Shown piece by piece: positions 10,313 through 19,514 of a stretch of DNA of 64,000 bases (positions are counted from its first letter, which is position 1; every line of letters begins with the position of its first letter). The position numbers and the translations under genes were made by a program. The notes beneath the pieces are model-generated. The model was not told where the DNA came from and searched no databases. It worked only from the letters and a program-made list of their open reading frames with translations. The stretch comes from Methanomassiliicoccaceae archaeon. GTDB lineage: Archaea; Thermoplasmatota; Thermoplasmata; Methanomassiliicoccales; UBA472. Location: NCBI GenBank assembly GCA_963827905.1, contig CAWHCB010000013.1, forward strand, positions 26,300-90,299, in the 5' to 3' direction.

Positions 10313-11201
10313 TCACCCCTATTCCGTTGATAAGAGCGTTAAGGGTGTTATTATAGTCCACCGGCAGCTTGGACCGCTCCCCAGCTCGTATCAGTGACCC
10401 ATTGATCGCGTCCACTTCCGTCCTTTTCCCCCTCTCCACGTCCTGTAACATGCTTGAGCGGTTCCAGGCCGTGGCGCGGACCACGTCCAGGACATCATCG
10501 AAGCAAACGTCGCCCCGTTCCAGACCGCCCTCAGCGATGGCGATGTCCAACGATTCGTCGAACACTGAACTGCATAGCCCAAGCAACCCCTTCGATTCGA
10601 GTATGGCGCCGTTCCTCCTCCTCACCAAGGCGGTTATCGGATTGATGGCCGAGTTGATGACCGCCTTTCGCCACACGTCCTTGGCGATGTCGGAAGAGAC
10701 GTCGCACACGATGCCCGATTCGCTGAACAGATGCACATACGGGTCGAGGTCCAGCCCGCCTTCGATGGTCCCCAGTCGCAACCCTCCCGAGCCTGCGTGA
10801 ATGACATGGCCGGGGCCTTGGTGGGTGACGCCGAAGGAGGCCACCCCCAGCAGCAGGGGCGATCCGCCAACACGGGCGGGGAGGTCCAGGACCCTCATCC
10901 CGTTCTGGACCACTATAAGCATGGTCCGGTCCCCTAATACGGGGCCAAGGCCTGCCAAGGACACCTCGAGGTCGTAACTTTTCACGGTGAGCAGGACCAG
11001 GTCGTACCTTTCCTCCTCCCGGATCTGTTCTAATGCCTTAGGATGGACTGTGAGCTCGGTCAGACCGGTGATGCGCAACCCCCGCTCCGCTATGGCACTC
11101 ACATGGTCCCTGCGACCCACCATGGTCACATCGTTCTTAGTGGCCAGCATGCCACCGAGATAACTGCCCACCGCCCCGGCGCCGTAGACCAATACCCTCA
11201 A
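10299..11201 (-). CDS. panE: 2-dehydropantoate 2-reductase (ketopantoate reductase, ApbA/PanE family)
   Basis: 300 aa. N-terminal Rossmann motif MRVLVYGAGAVGSYLGG, LLTVKSYD, and a C-terminal ApbA_C-like region (SSMLQDVERGKRTEVD). Confidence 0.75.
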   Translation of the reverse strand: MRVLVYGAGAVGSYLGGMLATKNDVTMVGRRDHVSAIAERGLRITGLTELTVHPKALEQIREEERYDLVLLTVKSYDLEVSLAGLGPVLGDRTMLIVVQNGMRVLDLPARVGGSPLLLGVASFGVTHQGPGHVIHAGSGGLRLGTIEGGLDLDPYVHLFSESGIVCDVSSDIAKDVWRKAVINSAINPITALVRRRNGAILESKGLLGLCSSVFDESLDIAIAEGGLERGDVCFDDVLDVVRATAWNRSSMLQDVERGKRTEVDAINGSLIRAGERSKLPVDYNNTLNALINGIGVNDGG

Positions 11202-12109
11202 TCGCCCGCCTCCCTCTTGGCCCTCTCCGCCGCTCTATGCGCCAGTATCAAAGGGCTATGGTCCGCGTCAAGGCAATATCGCCGCACTATCTCCTCCGCC
11301 GTGTCCAATGAAACGCGGTGTCCGACGGAGACGTACAGCTTCCTTCTCCCTTCCCCCACCACCCTTCCCCTTTCCTCTCCCTTGTACCTTATGGACCTCG
11401 CATCGAAGGGATCGACCTCGCCCACCAGGAGGCTTTTCGCCGCCCCGATGGTCGGCACGTCCAGCACCACCCCCAGGTGGCTGGCGATCCCTAGACCGCG
11501 GGGGTGCAGCACCCCCTGTCCATCCACCAGGAAAAGCGTGTCCGATGAGGAGGAGACCAAGGGGGCGAGGGACGCCAGCTCCCGGAAGCTCAGGTATGAG
11601 GGGATGTATGGGAACTTGACCTCGGACCGGTCCAACCGGATGTCCACCGAACCCGTGTCGATATCAAGGACCGCCATCGCCGAGAATGCCTGGTCGCCCC
11701 GGTAGGCGACGTCCAGTCCCGCCACTTTGCACAATCTTCCCAGGTCGTCCCGCTCCACCACCCGGCGGCTCAACCTCTCCTGCTGTTCCCGCAACCTTGC
11801 CAGTCCGGGGTCGATGTGGAAATCGGAGAACCCGACCTTCGCCAGGTCGACCCTGCCATCGCTCATCGGGACGCCCTCCTCGCGCAGGAGGCCTTGCTTG
11901 GTGTCGGTGCCCTTGCCCATGCCGCAGTACCAACCCACCTCCCCAGTGCCGTAGACGACGCGATGGCACGGGACCTCGATGGGGCGGGGGTTCCTGGCCA
12001 GGATGGACCCCACCACCCGGGAGGCGCTCACGTCCCCCATGGCCTTGGCTATGTCCCCGTAGGTGGTGACCTTCCCCCGAGGCACCTGGCAGGTGGCCTG
12101 GAAGACCAA
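11198..12109 (-). CDS. fusion protein: O6-alkylguanine-DNA alkyltransferase-type DNA-binding domain (PCHR) + endonuclease V
   Basis: N-terminal about 85 aa: VPRGKVTTYGDIAKAMG...NPRPIEVPCHRVV (the AGT active-site motif). The C-terminus has the EndoV hallmarks AGLDVAY, PYIPSYLSFRE, LVDGQGVLHPRGLGIASHLGV and PTIGAAKS. Confidence 0.8.
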   Translation of the reverse strand: MVFQATCQVPRGKVTTYGDIAKAMGDVSASRVVGSILARNPRPIEVPCHRVVYGTGEVGWYCGMGKGTDTKQGLLREEGVPMSDGRVDLAKVGFSDFHIDPGLARLREQQERLSRRVVERDDLGRLCKVAGLDVAYRGDQAFSAMAVLDIDTGSVDIRLDRSEVKFPYIPSYLSFRELASLAPLVSSSSDTLFLVDGQGVLHPRGLGIASHLGVVLDVPTIGAAKSLLVGEVDPFDARSIRYKGEERGRVVGEGRRKLYVSVGHRVSLDTAEEIVRRYCLDADHSPLILAHRAAERAKREAGD

Positions 12110-12180
12110 CCGTTCGATGTCTGGAAGCTCTAATGTCGGGCGCCATTCATGCTATCATCTCAAAATGGCCCTGCCCGCCT

Positions 12181-13626
12181 TTAATCATTGTTCCCCACGC
12201 CCTTCGGGGCGCCCCGCACCATGAAGACCAAGGCCGCGCTGGAGAGCAATAAAGCGCCGGTCACCACGATGGCCGTGGTCCAGGACCCGCTCATGTCCCG
12301 CAATGTCCCGGAGACCACCGGGGCCAGTATGGCCCCGATCTCCGCCACCAGGTTCCACATGCCGAAGGCCTGGCCCTGCATATCCTCTGGCGCCAGGTCG
12401 GAGGTGAGGGTCATGTGCACGGTCTGCATGGCCGCGAAGAGCACCCCGATGACGAACAGCAGGGTCCCTAGCAGGAGCACATCGAACTCGCCGGAACGGA
12501 CCACCAAGGCCAGGACCAGGACCAAAACCCCCACCGCCAGACAAAGCCCGACATAGGTCCGCCTCCTTCCCCATCCCACCTGCATGGCCCGGTCCCCCAA
12601 CCGACCCCCCAAGGGGTAACCGATGAGGCCGGCCACACCGAACAGCGAGGCATACACCGCGGCCGATGGCAACCCCATCTCGGCCGATTCGGACACCAGC
12701 AGCAGGGCCCAAAAACCGAAGAACCAAAGGGTGTAGAGGATGGGAAGGGCGGAGAGGTACATCAGCCAGAGGTTGCGGGAACGGAGCACGGGGGCGCTCA
12801 CCACCTTGAGCCGCCAGTAGATGATCGCCACCAGGCCTAAGGCGGTAAGCAGGATGGCCGCGGCCTGTTCCAGCCCGCCCCATCCCAGTCGCAGGGTGCC
12901 TTCGAACGTGGCCATGACCACCACGAGGAGCACGGCGGAGATGAGCACCAGCCGCGTGGCCGCCTTGAGGAAGGAACCCTTCTCCGCCTTCCTCGCCTCC
13001 AAGCGTCTCCAGAGCCCGTATGATATCAGCATGGTGGGGATGGAGAAGAGCACGAAAGGCACCGTCCAGGCCGATTCGCTGCCGATGTATGGTACCGCCA
13101 GCTCGATGATCGGGACGGTGACCAAGGTCGCCACGGTGAGGCCGAGCGCCAGTCCCACGAACACCACCCCCATGGCGAACCCCTTCTCCTCCTTGGGCGT
13201 GACCTCGTTGATGATGGCCCGGTCGTTGGAGTAATAGGCGCCCTCCCCCAGCCCGGTCAGGACACGCATGGCCACGAAGCCGAAGAGGGAGCGGGACAGG
13301 CCAGAGAGAAGCGTGGCGATGCCGGCCCAAGCGGTGCTGATGACCACCATGGTCCTGTGCCCATAGCGGTCACCCAGATAGCCGGCAGGGAACTGGGTCA
13401 GCATATAGCCGGCGAAGAACATGGACCCGACGATGCCGGCCATGGCATGCTGCATCGGCACGTCCGCCAAGAAACCGATGTCGTTGGCGATCATCCACGA
13501 CACCACCGGTCCGGTGATGCTGCGGTCCAGGTAGCAGATGAACCAGGCCATGAAGAGCCAGGCCCAGACCTTTCGATAAGGTCTTTGCCTCACTGCCGCA
13601 TCGCTCGGACCTGATGGCGCATCCAT
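12181..13626 (-). CDS. MFS transporter
   Basis: 481 aa with about 12 hydrophobic segments. The loop 2-3 motif is GYLGDRYGHR. Confidence 0.8.
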   Translation of the reverse strand: MDAPSGPSDAAVRQRPYRKVWAWLFMAWFICYLDRSITGPVVSWMIANDIGFLADVPMQHAMAGIVGSMFFAGYMLTQFPAGYLGDRYGHRTMVVISTAWAGIATLLSGLSRSLFGFVAMRVLTGLGEGAYYSNDRAIINEVTPKEEKGFAMGVVFVGLALGLTVATLVTVPIIELAVPYIGSESAWTVPFVLFSIPTMLISYGLWRRLEARKAEKGSFLKAATRLVLISAVLLVVVMATFEGTLRLGWGGLEQAAAILLTALGLVAIIYWRLKVVSAPVLRSRNLWLMYLSALPILYTLWFFGFWALLLVSESAEMGLPSAAVYASLFGVAGLIGYPLGGRLGDRAMQVGWGRRRTYVGLCLAVGVLVLVLALVVRSGEFDVLLLGTLLFVIGVLFAAMQTVHMTLTSDLAPEDMQGQAFGMWNLVAEIGAILAPVVSGTLRDMSGSWTTAIVVTGALLLSSAALVFMVRGAPKGVGNND

Positions 13627-13722
13627 GCCCCTGCACCACCATTTCCTGGTTCAAGGGCTGGAAACGGCAAAACAATGCCCTCGGCCTGCAATGATGCGGG
13701 CCCTATTAATGGTTGGCGGAGC

Positions 13723-14220
13723 TCAACGTTTCCCATACTGGTCGTAGTGGAAGAGCTCCTCCATCGCCTTACGCGGCCTGGCCTCCGGGCTCTCATCGGG
13801 GTATCCTATCGCCATGCAGACGGTGATCACCTTCCCCTTCGGGACGCCCAAGTGCTCGGACAGCTTCTCTTGGTCGAAGGCCCCGATCCAGCACGACCCA
13901 AGGCCGAGCTCCAACGCGGCCAGGGACACATGGTCCAAGGCTATGGACACATCGACCCGGGCCCATTTCTGCTGTGGGTCGTCTATCCCGACCAAGAAGA
14001 GGTTGCAGTTCTCCAGGAAGGTCTGGTTCTTGCATAGCGGCACCAGGTCCCTGATCCTCTTCGGGTCTGTGACCGCCACCATCTCCCAGGGCTGGCGGTT
14101 CGCGCCGGAAGGGGCGAGCCTGGCCGCTTCCAGCAGCATCTCCAGGTCATCGACGGAAAGCTCTTTCGTTCGGTACCTGCGCACGCTCCTCCGCTCGCGT
14201 ATCGCCTCCATCACCTGCAT
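13723..14220 (-). CDS. nitroreductase family protein
   Basis: 165 aa. RRSVRRY, APSGANRQPW, and the size is typical of the family. Confidence 0.8.
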   Translation of the reverse strand: MQVMEAIRERRSVRRYRTKELSVDDLEMLLEAARLAPSGANRQPWEMVAVTDPKRIRDLVPLCKNQTFLENCNLFLVGIDDPQQKWARVDVSIALDHVSLAALELGLGSCWIGAFDQEKLSEHLGVPKGKVITVCMAIGYPDESPEARPRKAMEELFHYDQYGKR

Positions 14221-14273
14221 GTCATCTCACCAGGGACGATATTGGCAACAGCCGACATATGTGCTTTTCCCGT

Positions 14274-15821
14274 TCAGCTCTCCTTGCGCCCGTCCTTGAC
14301 ATGGACCACCCGTTGCGGGAAGGGTATCTCGATCCCATTCTCGGAGAACCTCTTGTAAAGCCTCTCTCGGAAGTCCGATGCGGCCCTCCAACGGTTGTTG
14401 GCATCGTCTATGTCGATGAATATCTTCATGTTGATGGCGGAGTCGGCGAAGTCGTTGAGGCGGATGCGGGGCTGCTTGCTCTTGACCGCGTTGGGGGTCT
14501 CCATGGCGGCCTCGTTCATCTGCAGCTTCACCAGCTCGATGTCCGAACCATAGGCCACTCCGACCAACACGGCGATGGTCAGCTCCCGGCCCGGACGCAC
14601 CACGTTGATGATGGGGTCGTTGGCCATCTTGTCGTTCGGCACGACGATGATGTAATCGTTGGTGTTGTCGTAGATCTCGGTGGCCCTGAGCCCCAGATGC
14701 GCGATCTCACCGAAGCCTCCGTCGCTGAGCATGATGGTGTCCCCCACCTTGAAGGGGCGCTCCACCAACAGCTGCATGCCGGCGAAGAAGTTGGCCAGAG
14801 TGGATTGGGCGGCGAGACCGACCACTATGCCTAGGAAGCCCGCACCGACCAACAGCACCGTGAGGTCGTATCCCATGATGCTGAATATGGTCATCAGGGC
14901 GATGATGGGGATGATTATCATGCCCAACTTCTCCATGATGGGGATGATGGCGTCGTCCATCTCGGTGTTGGTCCTCTTGGCGTACTGCTTCGCCATATAG
15001 ATGACGACCTCATCATAGACCTTGTAGGCGATCCAGGCGCCCAACAGCACGAACATTATCTGATAGGTCGTCTCGATGTTGGAGATGACGTCCCCGGGCA
15101 GGTCCAGTATCTCGATGGAGCTCACCGTGCCGATGAGGATGATGAGCACGAAGACCGGTAGGCGCAGGATGCGCAGTAAAATGTCGTCAAGCTCGCTCTC
15201 CGTCCTCCTGGTCAACAGGTGCGCCAAGGGGTCGACCACGAAGTAGAAGATGACCGCAATGCCGATCCAGATCAGCACCGAGAATATGAACGACCAGAAG
15301 TTGGTGTCGAAGGGCGGGGGGAAGGGATTGTCGAAGATCTTCAGGATCTTGTTCTCACCGGTGGTCACTCCGAACACCGAGACGACCTCCAAGCTTACCG
15401 TGTCCGAATAGCTCTCCATCTGGCTCGGGTCGTCCATCCTGGTGGAGGTGAAGTTGACCTCGAAATCGGTGTCGAAGGTCTTGACGTTCCGACTGGCGCT
15501 GAATGTGACCGTGAAGGTGTGGGACTGACCCGGGTCGACGGTGGCGAAGTCATCATCGAACGAGGCGGTGACGCCCTCATCCTCCGCCGGGGTGACGGTG
15601 CCCTTGACCAGGAAAGGCGCGGTGCCGTTGTTGAAGATGACATAGCTTATCTTGATGTCCGAATCCCCGTTCAGTTCGGTCGTCCCGGGGTTCATTGGAA
15701 AAACAGTGACCTCGGCCGCCTGGGATGCCGGCAAGAGCATCGAAATGAATGCCAGCGACATGAGAAGTGCCATGGCGAACGTGAAGGTCCGCCGCGTCCT
15801 GAGTTCCCTATCCATAGTCAT
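14274..15821 (-). CDS. mechanosensitive ion channel (MscS family) with a large N-terminal extracytoplasmic domain
   Basis: Signal/TM segment MTMDRELRTRRTFTFAMALLMSLAFISMLLPASQA, then about 150 aa of beta-rich sequence, TM helices, and the MscS core FAGMQLLVERPFKVGDTI...VVPNDKMANDPIINV. The start was chosen at an internal Met. Confidence 0.8.
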   Translation of the reverse strand: MTMDRELRTRRTFTFAMALLMSLAFISMLLPASQAAEVTVFPMNPGTTELNGDSDIKISYVIFNNGTAPFLVKGTVTPAEDEGVTASFDDDFATVDPGQSHTFTVTFSASRNVKTFDTDFEVNFTSTRMDDPSQMESYSDTVSLEVVSVFGVTTGENKILKIFDNPFPPPFDTNFWSFIFSVLIWIGIAVIFYFVVDPLAHLLTRRTESELDDILLRILRLPVFVLIILIGTVSSIEILDLPGDVISNIETTYQIMFVLLGAWIAYKVYDEVVIYMAKQYAKRTNTEMDDAIIPIMEKLGMIIIPIIALMTIFSIMGYDLTVLLVGAGFLGIVVGLAAQSTLANFFAGMQLLVERPFKVGDTIMLSDGGFGEIAHLGLRATEIYDNTNDYIIVVPNDKMANDPIINVVRPGRELTIAVLVGVAYGSDIELVKLQMNEAAMETPNAVKSKQPRIRLNDFADSAINMKIFIDIDDANNRWRAASDFRERLYKRFSENGIEIPFPQRVVHVKDGRKES

Positions 15822-15949
15822 CCTACCTCTGTCTGGGTACGGGGACCGCATTGATGTTCGGCATAAAAACATTGCCTTGCCCCTTTCATGATTACCCGAC
15901 CTGGGAACCAAGCGGAAAACCTTTTTATGGGCATCCTTGATTCCGAAGC

Positions 15950-16828
15950 ATGGACTGGCTGTCAGTGACCCGAGTGGCGATAGCCCTGGCGTTGCTGACC
16001 ATGGCGGCCATATCCGATTGGGAGACCAGGACCGCCTCGGACAAGTTCTGGGCGGCCATGGGGGCGGCCGGACTGGCGCTTCTGGGGGTGCAGATCCTCA
16101 TGGACGACCTGGACCCGCTGTACCTGCTCATACTCGTGCCCATCGGCTGGGTGTTCTTCGACATGCTCTGGGACCGCAAGGGCATCTTAGAGGACGGGGT
16201 CTACTGGCTCCCGTTGATGCTGTACATCGCCAGCGCCGCTTGCTTGACCGTGCTGGTCGGCCTGTTCTACAACAGTGAGGACCTCTGGGCCCTGTTGAGC
16301 ATACTGGTCATGTTCGTGGTCTACTATCTCATGTACATATTCGACATCATCAAGGGCGGTGCGGACGCCAAGGCCTTGATCGCGCTCACCGTCCTCATCC
16401 CGGTCTATCCGACGGTGGGCGGGTTCCCCCTGGTGCCTGTGCCGGAGGGGGTGGCCCAGTTCGTTATGCCATTCTCCTTGCTGGTGCTGTTCTACGGGGC
16501 GCTGATCACTTTGGCCATACCCGTCTATTACGTCTTCTACAACCTCTCCAAGGGCGACCGGAAGTTCCCGGCCATGTTCTTCGGGAGGCGCATGGACATC
16601 GAGGAGGCGAAGAAGAGGCACGTCTGGCCCATGGAGCGGGTCGAGGGTCAGGAGGTCACGGTCTCCTCGATACCCCAGTCCAACCCGGTGGAGGACCAGT
16701 TCGCTGCCCTGGAGGCCAAGGGCATGAAGACCATCTGGGTGACGCCGAAGATACCTATGCTCATCCCCCTGACCTTCGGTCTGGTCATCGCCGTTGTGGT
16801 GGGCAACATCGTTTTCGCCCTGGTGTGA
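15950..16828 (+). CDS. A24-family aspartic peptidase (preflagellin/prepilin peptidase, FlaK/PibD-like)
   Basis: Polytopic membrane protein with two Asp motifs: ISDWETR near the N-terminus and IKGGADAKAL. A TTTTTATG box lies about 20 nt upstream of the ATG. Confidence 0.7.
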   Translation: MDWLSVTRVAIALALLTMAAISDWETRTASDKFWAAMGAAGLALLGVQILMDDLDPLYLLILVPIGWVFFDMLWDRKGILEDGVYWLPLMLYIASAACLTVLVGLFYNSEDLWALLSILVMFVVYYLMYIFDIIKGGADAKALIALTVLIPVYPTVGGFPLVPVPEGVAQFVMPFSLLVLFYGALITLAIPVYYVFYNLSKGDRKFPAMFFGRRMDIEEAKKRHVWPMERVEGQEVTVSSIPQSNPVEDQFAALEAKGMKTIWVTPKIPMLIPLTFGLVIAVVVGNIVFALV

Positions 16829-17462
16829 GCGCGAACCGACACTGGTCGGCCATCTTGCACCTTACGCATCGAGGTCCCTTCAAGCAGGTGGTCCGGGCAT
16901 GGTCGACCAGGACCGCGTAAAGTTCCTGATATGTCACTACGTCAGGGGCGATGGAGCCTTCCACGAACGCCTGCACCTGGTCATAGTCATCCGAGGCGAG
17001 GACGCCTGTCCGGCTCAGCACTCGCGAGACATACGCCGCCGCCACGAACCTCGGCCTACGGGCGGCGAAGAGCAGTATCGAGTCCGCCGTCTCCGGCCCT
17101 ATGCCGGGGAGGCCCAGCAGCTCGTTCCGCAAGTGATCGGTGCCCTGTTCGAGCATGGCCTCCACCCCGCCATGGACCTCGACCGCATGACTGGCCATGG
17201 AGATCAGACGCGTCGACTTCTGACGGTAGAACCCGGTGCATCGGACCAGGGGCATGAGCCGCTCGGGCGGACAATCGGCCAGCGCATGGACGTCCAAGAG
17301 CCCTTCCTGGCGCAACGCCGCGATGGCCTTGGTCACGTTCTCCCAGGTGGTCTGCTGGGTCAGCACCGCCCCCACCATCACCTCGAAGGGCGTCTCCGCC
17401 GGCCACCAACCGGTCATGTCCCGCCCCGCCAGCAGGCGGTCCCTCAGTTCCTCCAGGTCCAT
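16785..17462 (-). CDS. endonuclease III-related HhH-GPD DNA glycosylase family protein
   Basis: VLTQQTTWENV, hairpin-helix LLGLPGIGPETADSILLF, and a C-terminal Cys cluster CLKGPRCVRCKMADQC. Start taken at MDLEEL. The 3' end overlaps the convergent peptidase gene by 44 nt. Confidence 0.75.
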   Translation of the reverse strand: MDLEELRDRLLAGRDMTGWWPAETPFEVMVGAVLTQQTTWENVTKAIAALRQEGLLDVHALADCPPERLMPLVRCTGFYRQKSTRLISMASHAVEVHGGVEAMLEQGTDHLRNELLGLPGIGPETADSILLFAARRPRFVAAAYVSRVLSRTGVLASDDYDQVQAFVEGSIAPDVVTYQELYAVLVDHARTTCLKGPRCVRCKMADQCRFALTPGRKRCCPPQRR

Positions 17463-17467
17463 CGCGC

Positions 17468-18463
17468 TCACGGCACCATATGGAGGTCCCGGCCGCATTT
17501 GCCGCAGCGGCCATGGTGATAGTTCACCAGCTCCACATCGAACCAGGACCGTCGGATGACCAAGCTGCCGCAGTCTGGGCAGAAGGTGCTCTCCGCGTCA
17601 GAGCGCATGTTGCCCACATAGACGAACTTCAGCCCGCTCGCCTTGGCCAGCTGGTGCGCCCTCTCCATGGTCTTGGCGGGGGTGGTCGGGAGGTCCATCA
17701 TCTTGTAGTCGGGATGGAAACGGGAGAAGTGCACAGGCATCTCATCGTCGATCTCCGCCACCCAGCGACAGAAGCGACCGATCTCCTCCTCCCCATCGTT
17801 CTTGGTGGGTATGACCAGGTAGGTGAGCTCCACATGCATGCCCAGCTCGGTCGCCACCCTCACCGTGTCCAGCACCGGTTGCAGCTGCGCCTTGCACACC
17901 TTCTTGTAGAAGTCCTCGGTGAAGCCCTTGACATCGATGTTCATGGCATCGATCACCCCCTTGAGCTCGCAGAGCGGGGCCTCCTGGATGTAGCCGTTGG
18001 ACACGAAGTTGGTGAACATGCCCTCCTTCTTGCAGAGCTTGGAGGCATCGGAGGCGAACTCGATCCACATGGTTGGCTCGTTGTAGGTCCAGGAGACGCC
18101 GTTGCATCCTGCCCTCCTCACCATCCCTGGCACCTCCTCCGCCTCGATGCGGTTCAGGAAGGGGGAGTCCGGGGCCGCCTGGGATATGGAATAGTTCTGG
18201 CAATGCAGGCATCCCAGGTTGCAGCCCACGCTCCCGAACGATAGCACGGTCTGACCGGGTTTGAAATGGTAGAATGGCTTCTTCTCCATCGGGTCCACAT
18301 GCATGGATGAGACCATGCCATAGGTCAAGGCCATGAGCTTCCCTTGCACGTTCTGCCTCACCCCGCAGATGCCCGACTTGGCCCGGGGTATCAGACAGCG
18401 ATGGGGGCAGAGCTCGCATCGGACCACGTCCCCCTTCGCATGCCAGTACATCGCTTCCTTCAC
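17468..18463 (-). CDS. AmmeMemoRadiSam-system radical SAM enzyme
   Basis: CELCPHRCLI...GICGVR, then the radical SAM motif GCNLGCLHCQN. It has the overall pyruvate-formate-lyase-activase-like layout typical of this family. Start is GTG 18463 or ATG 18451. Confidence 0.8.
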   Translation of the reverse strand: MKEAMYWHAKGDVVRCELCPHRCLIPRAKSGICGVRQNVQGKLMALTYGMVSSMHVDPMEKKPFYHFKPGQTVLSFGSVGCNLGCLHCQNYSISQAAPDSPFLNRIEAEEVPGMVRRAGCNGVSWTYNEPTMWIEFASDASKLCKKEGMFTNFVSNGYIQEAPLCELKGVIDAMNIDVKGFTEDFYKKVCKAQLQPVLDTVRVATELGMHVELTYLVIPTKNDGEEEIGRFCRWVAEIDDEMPVHFSRFHPDYKMMDLPTTPAKTMERAHQLAKASGLKFVYVGNMRSDAESTFCPDCGSLVIRRSWFDVELVNYHHGRCGKCGRDLHMVP

Positions 18464-18467
18464 ATTC

Positions 18468-19428
18468 TCACCACCGGAAGTGTTCGAAACCCTTGTCCTC
18501 CAAGAACGACCTTCCGCCCCCATCCTCCAAGAAGATGCCTTCCCCGGTCGCCTCGCCTATGATCGTGTAGCCCTTTCCCAGCATGGAGCGCAGCCGGGGC
18601 TCCCCTTCCGGGCTCATGGTGAAGAGCAGCTGGTAGTCGCCTCCGGAATACAGCGCCCAATCCATCGCGTCCAATCCCAGCCCTTCGCCTATCTCCATCG
18701 CCTCGATATGCACTGGCAATGCACTCCTGTCGACCTTGAACCCGACCCCGCTGCGTCGGGCCAGCTCGTGCACGGACATGGCCAGCCCATCCGAGGTGTC
18801 CATGCAGGAGGTCACGCAACCCGATGCCGACAGTATCGCCCCCTCCTTCGTCCGAGGGAACGGTTCCAATAGCGCCTTCCGGGCCAGGGGGTGGAAGCCC
18901 TCCTCGTCTATCTCCGCCCAACCGGCCCCGGCCAACCCTAGGTTTGCCGGTGACCGCCAGGAGATCGCCTGGGCGAGCCCCCGAGCGGAGCAGGATGCCG
19001 TCCGTCCGCACCATGCCCAATGACGTGCCGACCAGGCAGATGTCATCGGTCTCCTTGGTATCGCCACCTAGATAGTCGGCGCTCACCTGTTCCGCGCAGG
19101 CCCCTATGCCGTCCGCGATGCCCTCCACGGTCTCCAGCTCCGTTTCCCGGGGCAGTCCCATGGCCACCAACAGGCCGAGGGGCAGGGCGCCCATGGCGGC
19201 GATGTCGCTGAAGTTGACCGCAGCCGCCATCCATCCCATCTGGAATGGCGTGGTGGGCCTGGGGAAGTGCGTCCTGCGGGTCACCAGGTCGGTGCTCGCC
19301 ACCAGGTATCGGGAGCCAAGGCGCACGGCCGCGGCGTCGTCCCCCAGCCCGATATCGCCGGAAGGGCCGATCCTGCCGATGAGGGCCTCCACCACGGACT
19401 TCTCGCCGATGTCGCACAATCTGACCAT
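18468..19428 (-). CDS. thiL: thiamine-monophosphate kinase (one frame interruption near 18944)
   Basis: N-terminal frame GDDAAAV...LVASTDLV...AAAVNFSDIAAMGA...GGDT...LLAVTG joins NLGLAGAGW...CMDTSDGL...SGGDYQLLFT. The shift sits in an AAA run at 18943-18945. Confidence 0.8.
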
Positions 19429-19514
19429 CGTACCTTCATTGTCAAGGCCATCGTTTTAAGGTTGCCATGGTCAGGGACAGTTCTATATCGAGGCGTGCCG
19501 TTTCGCATGAACGT

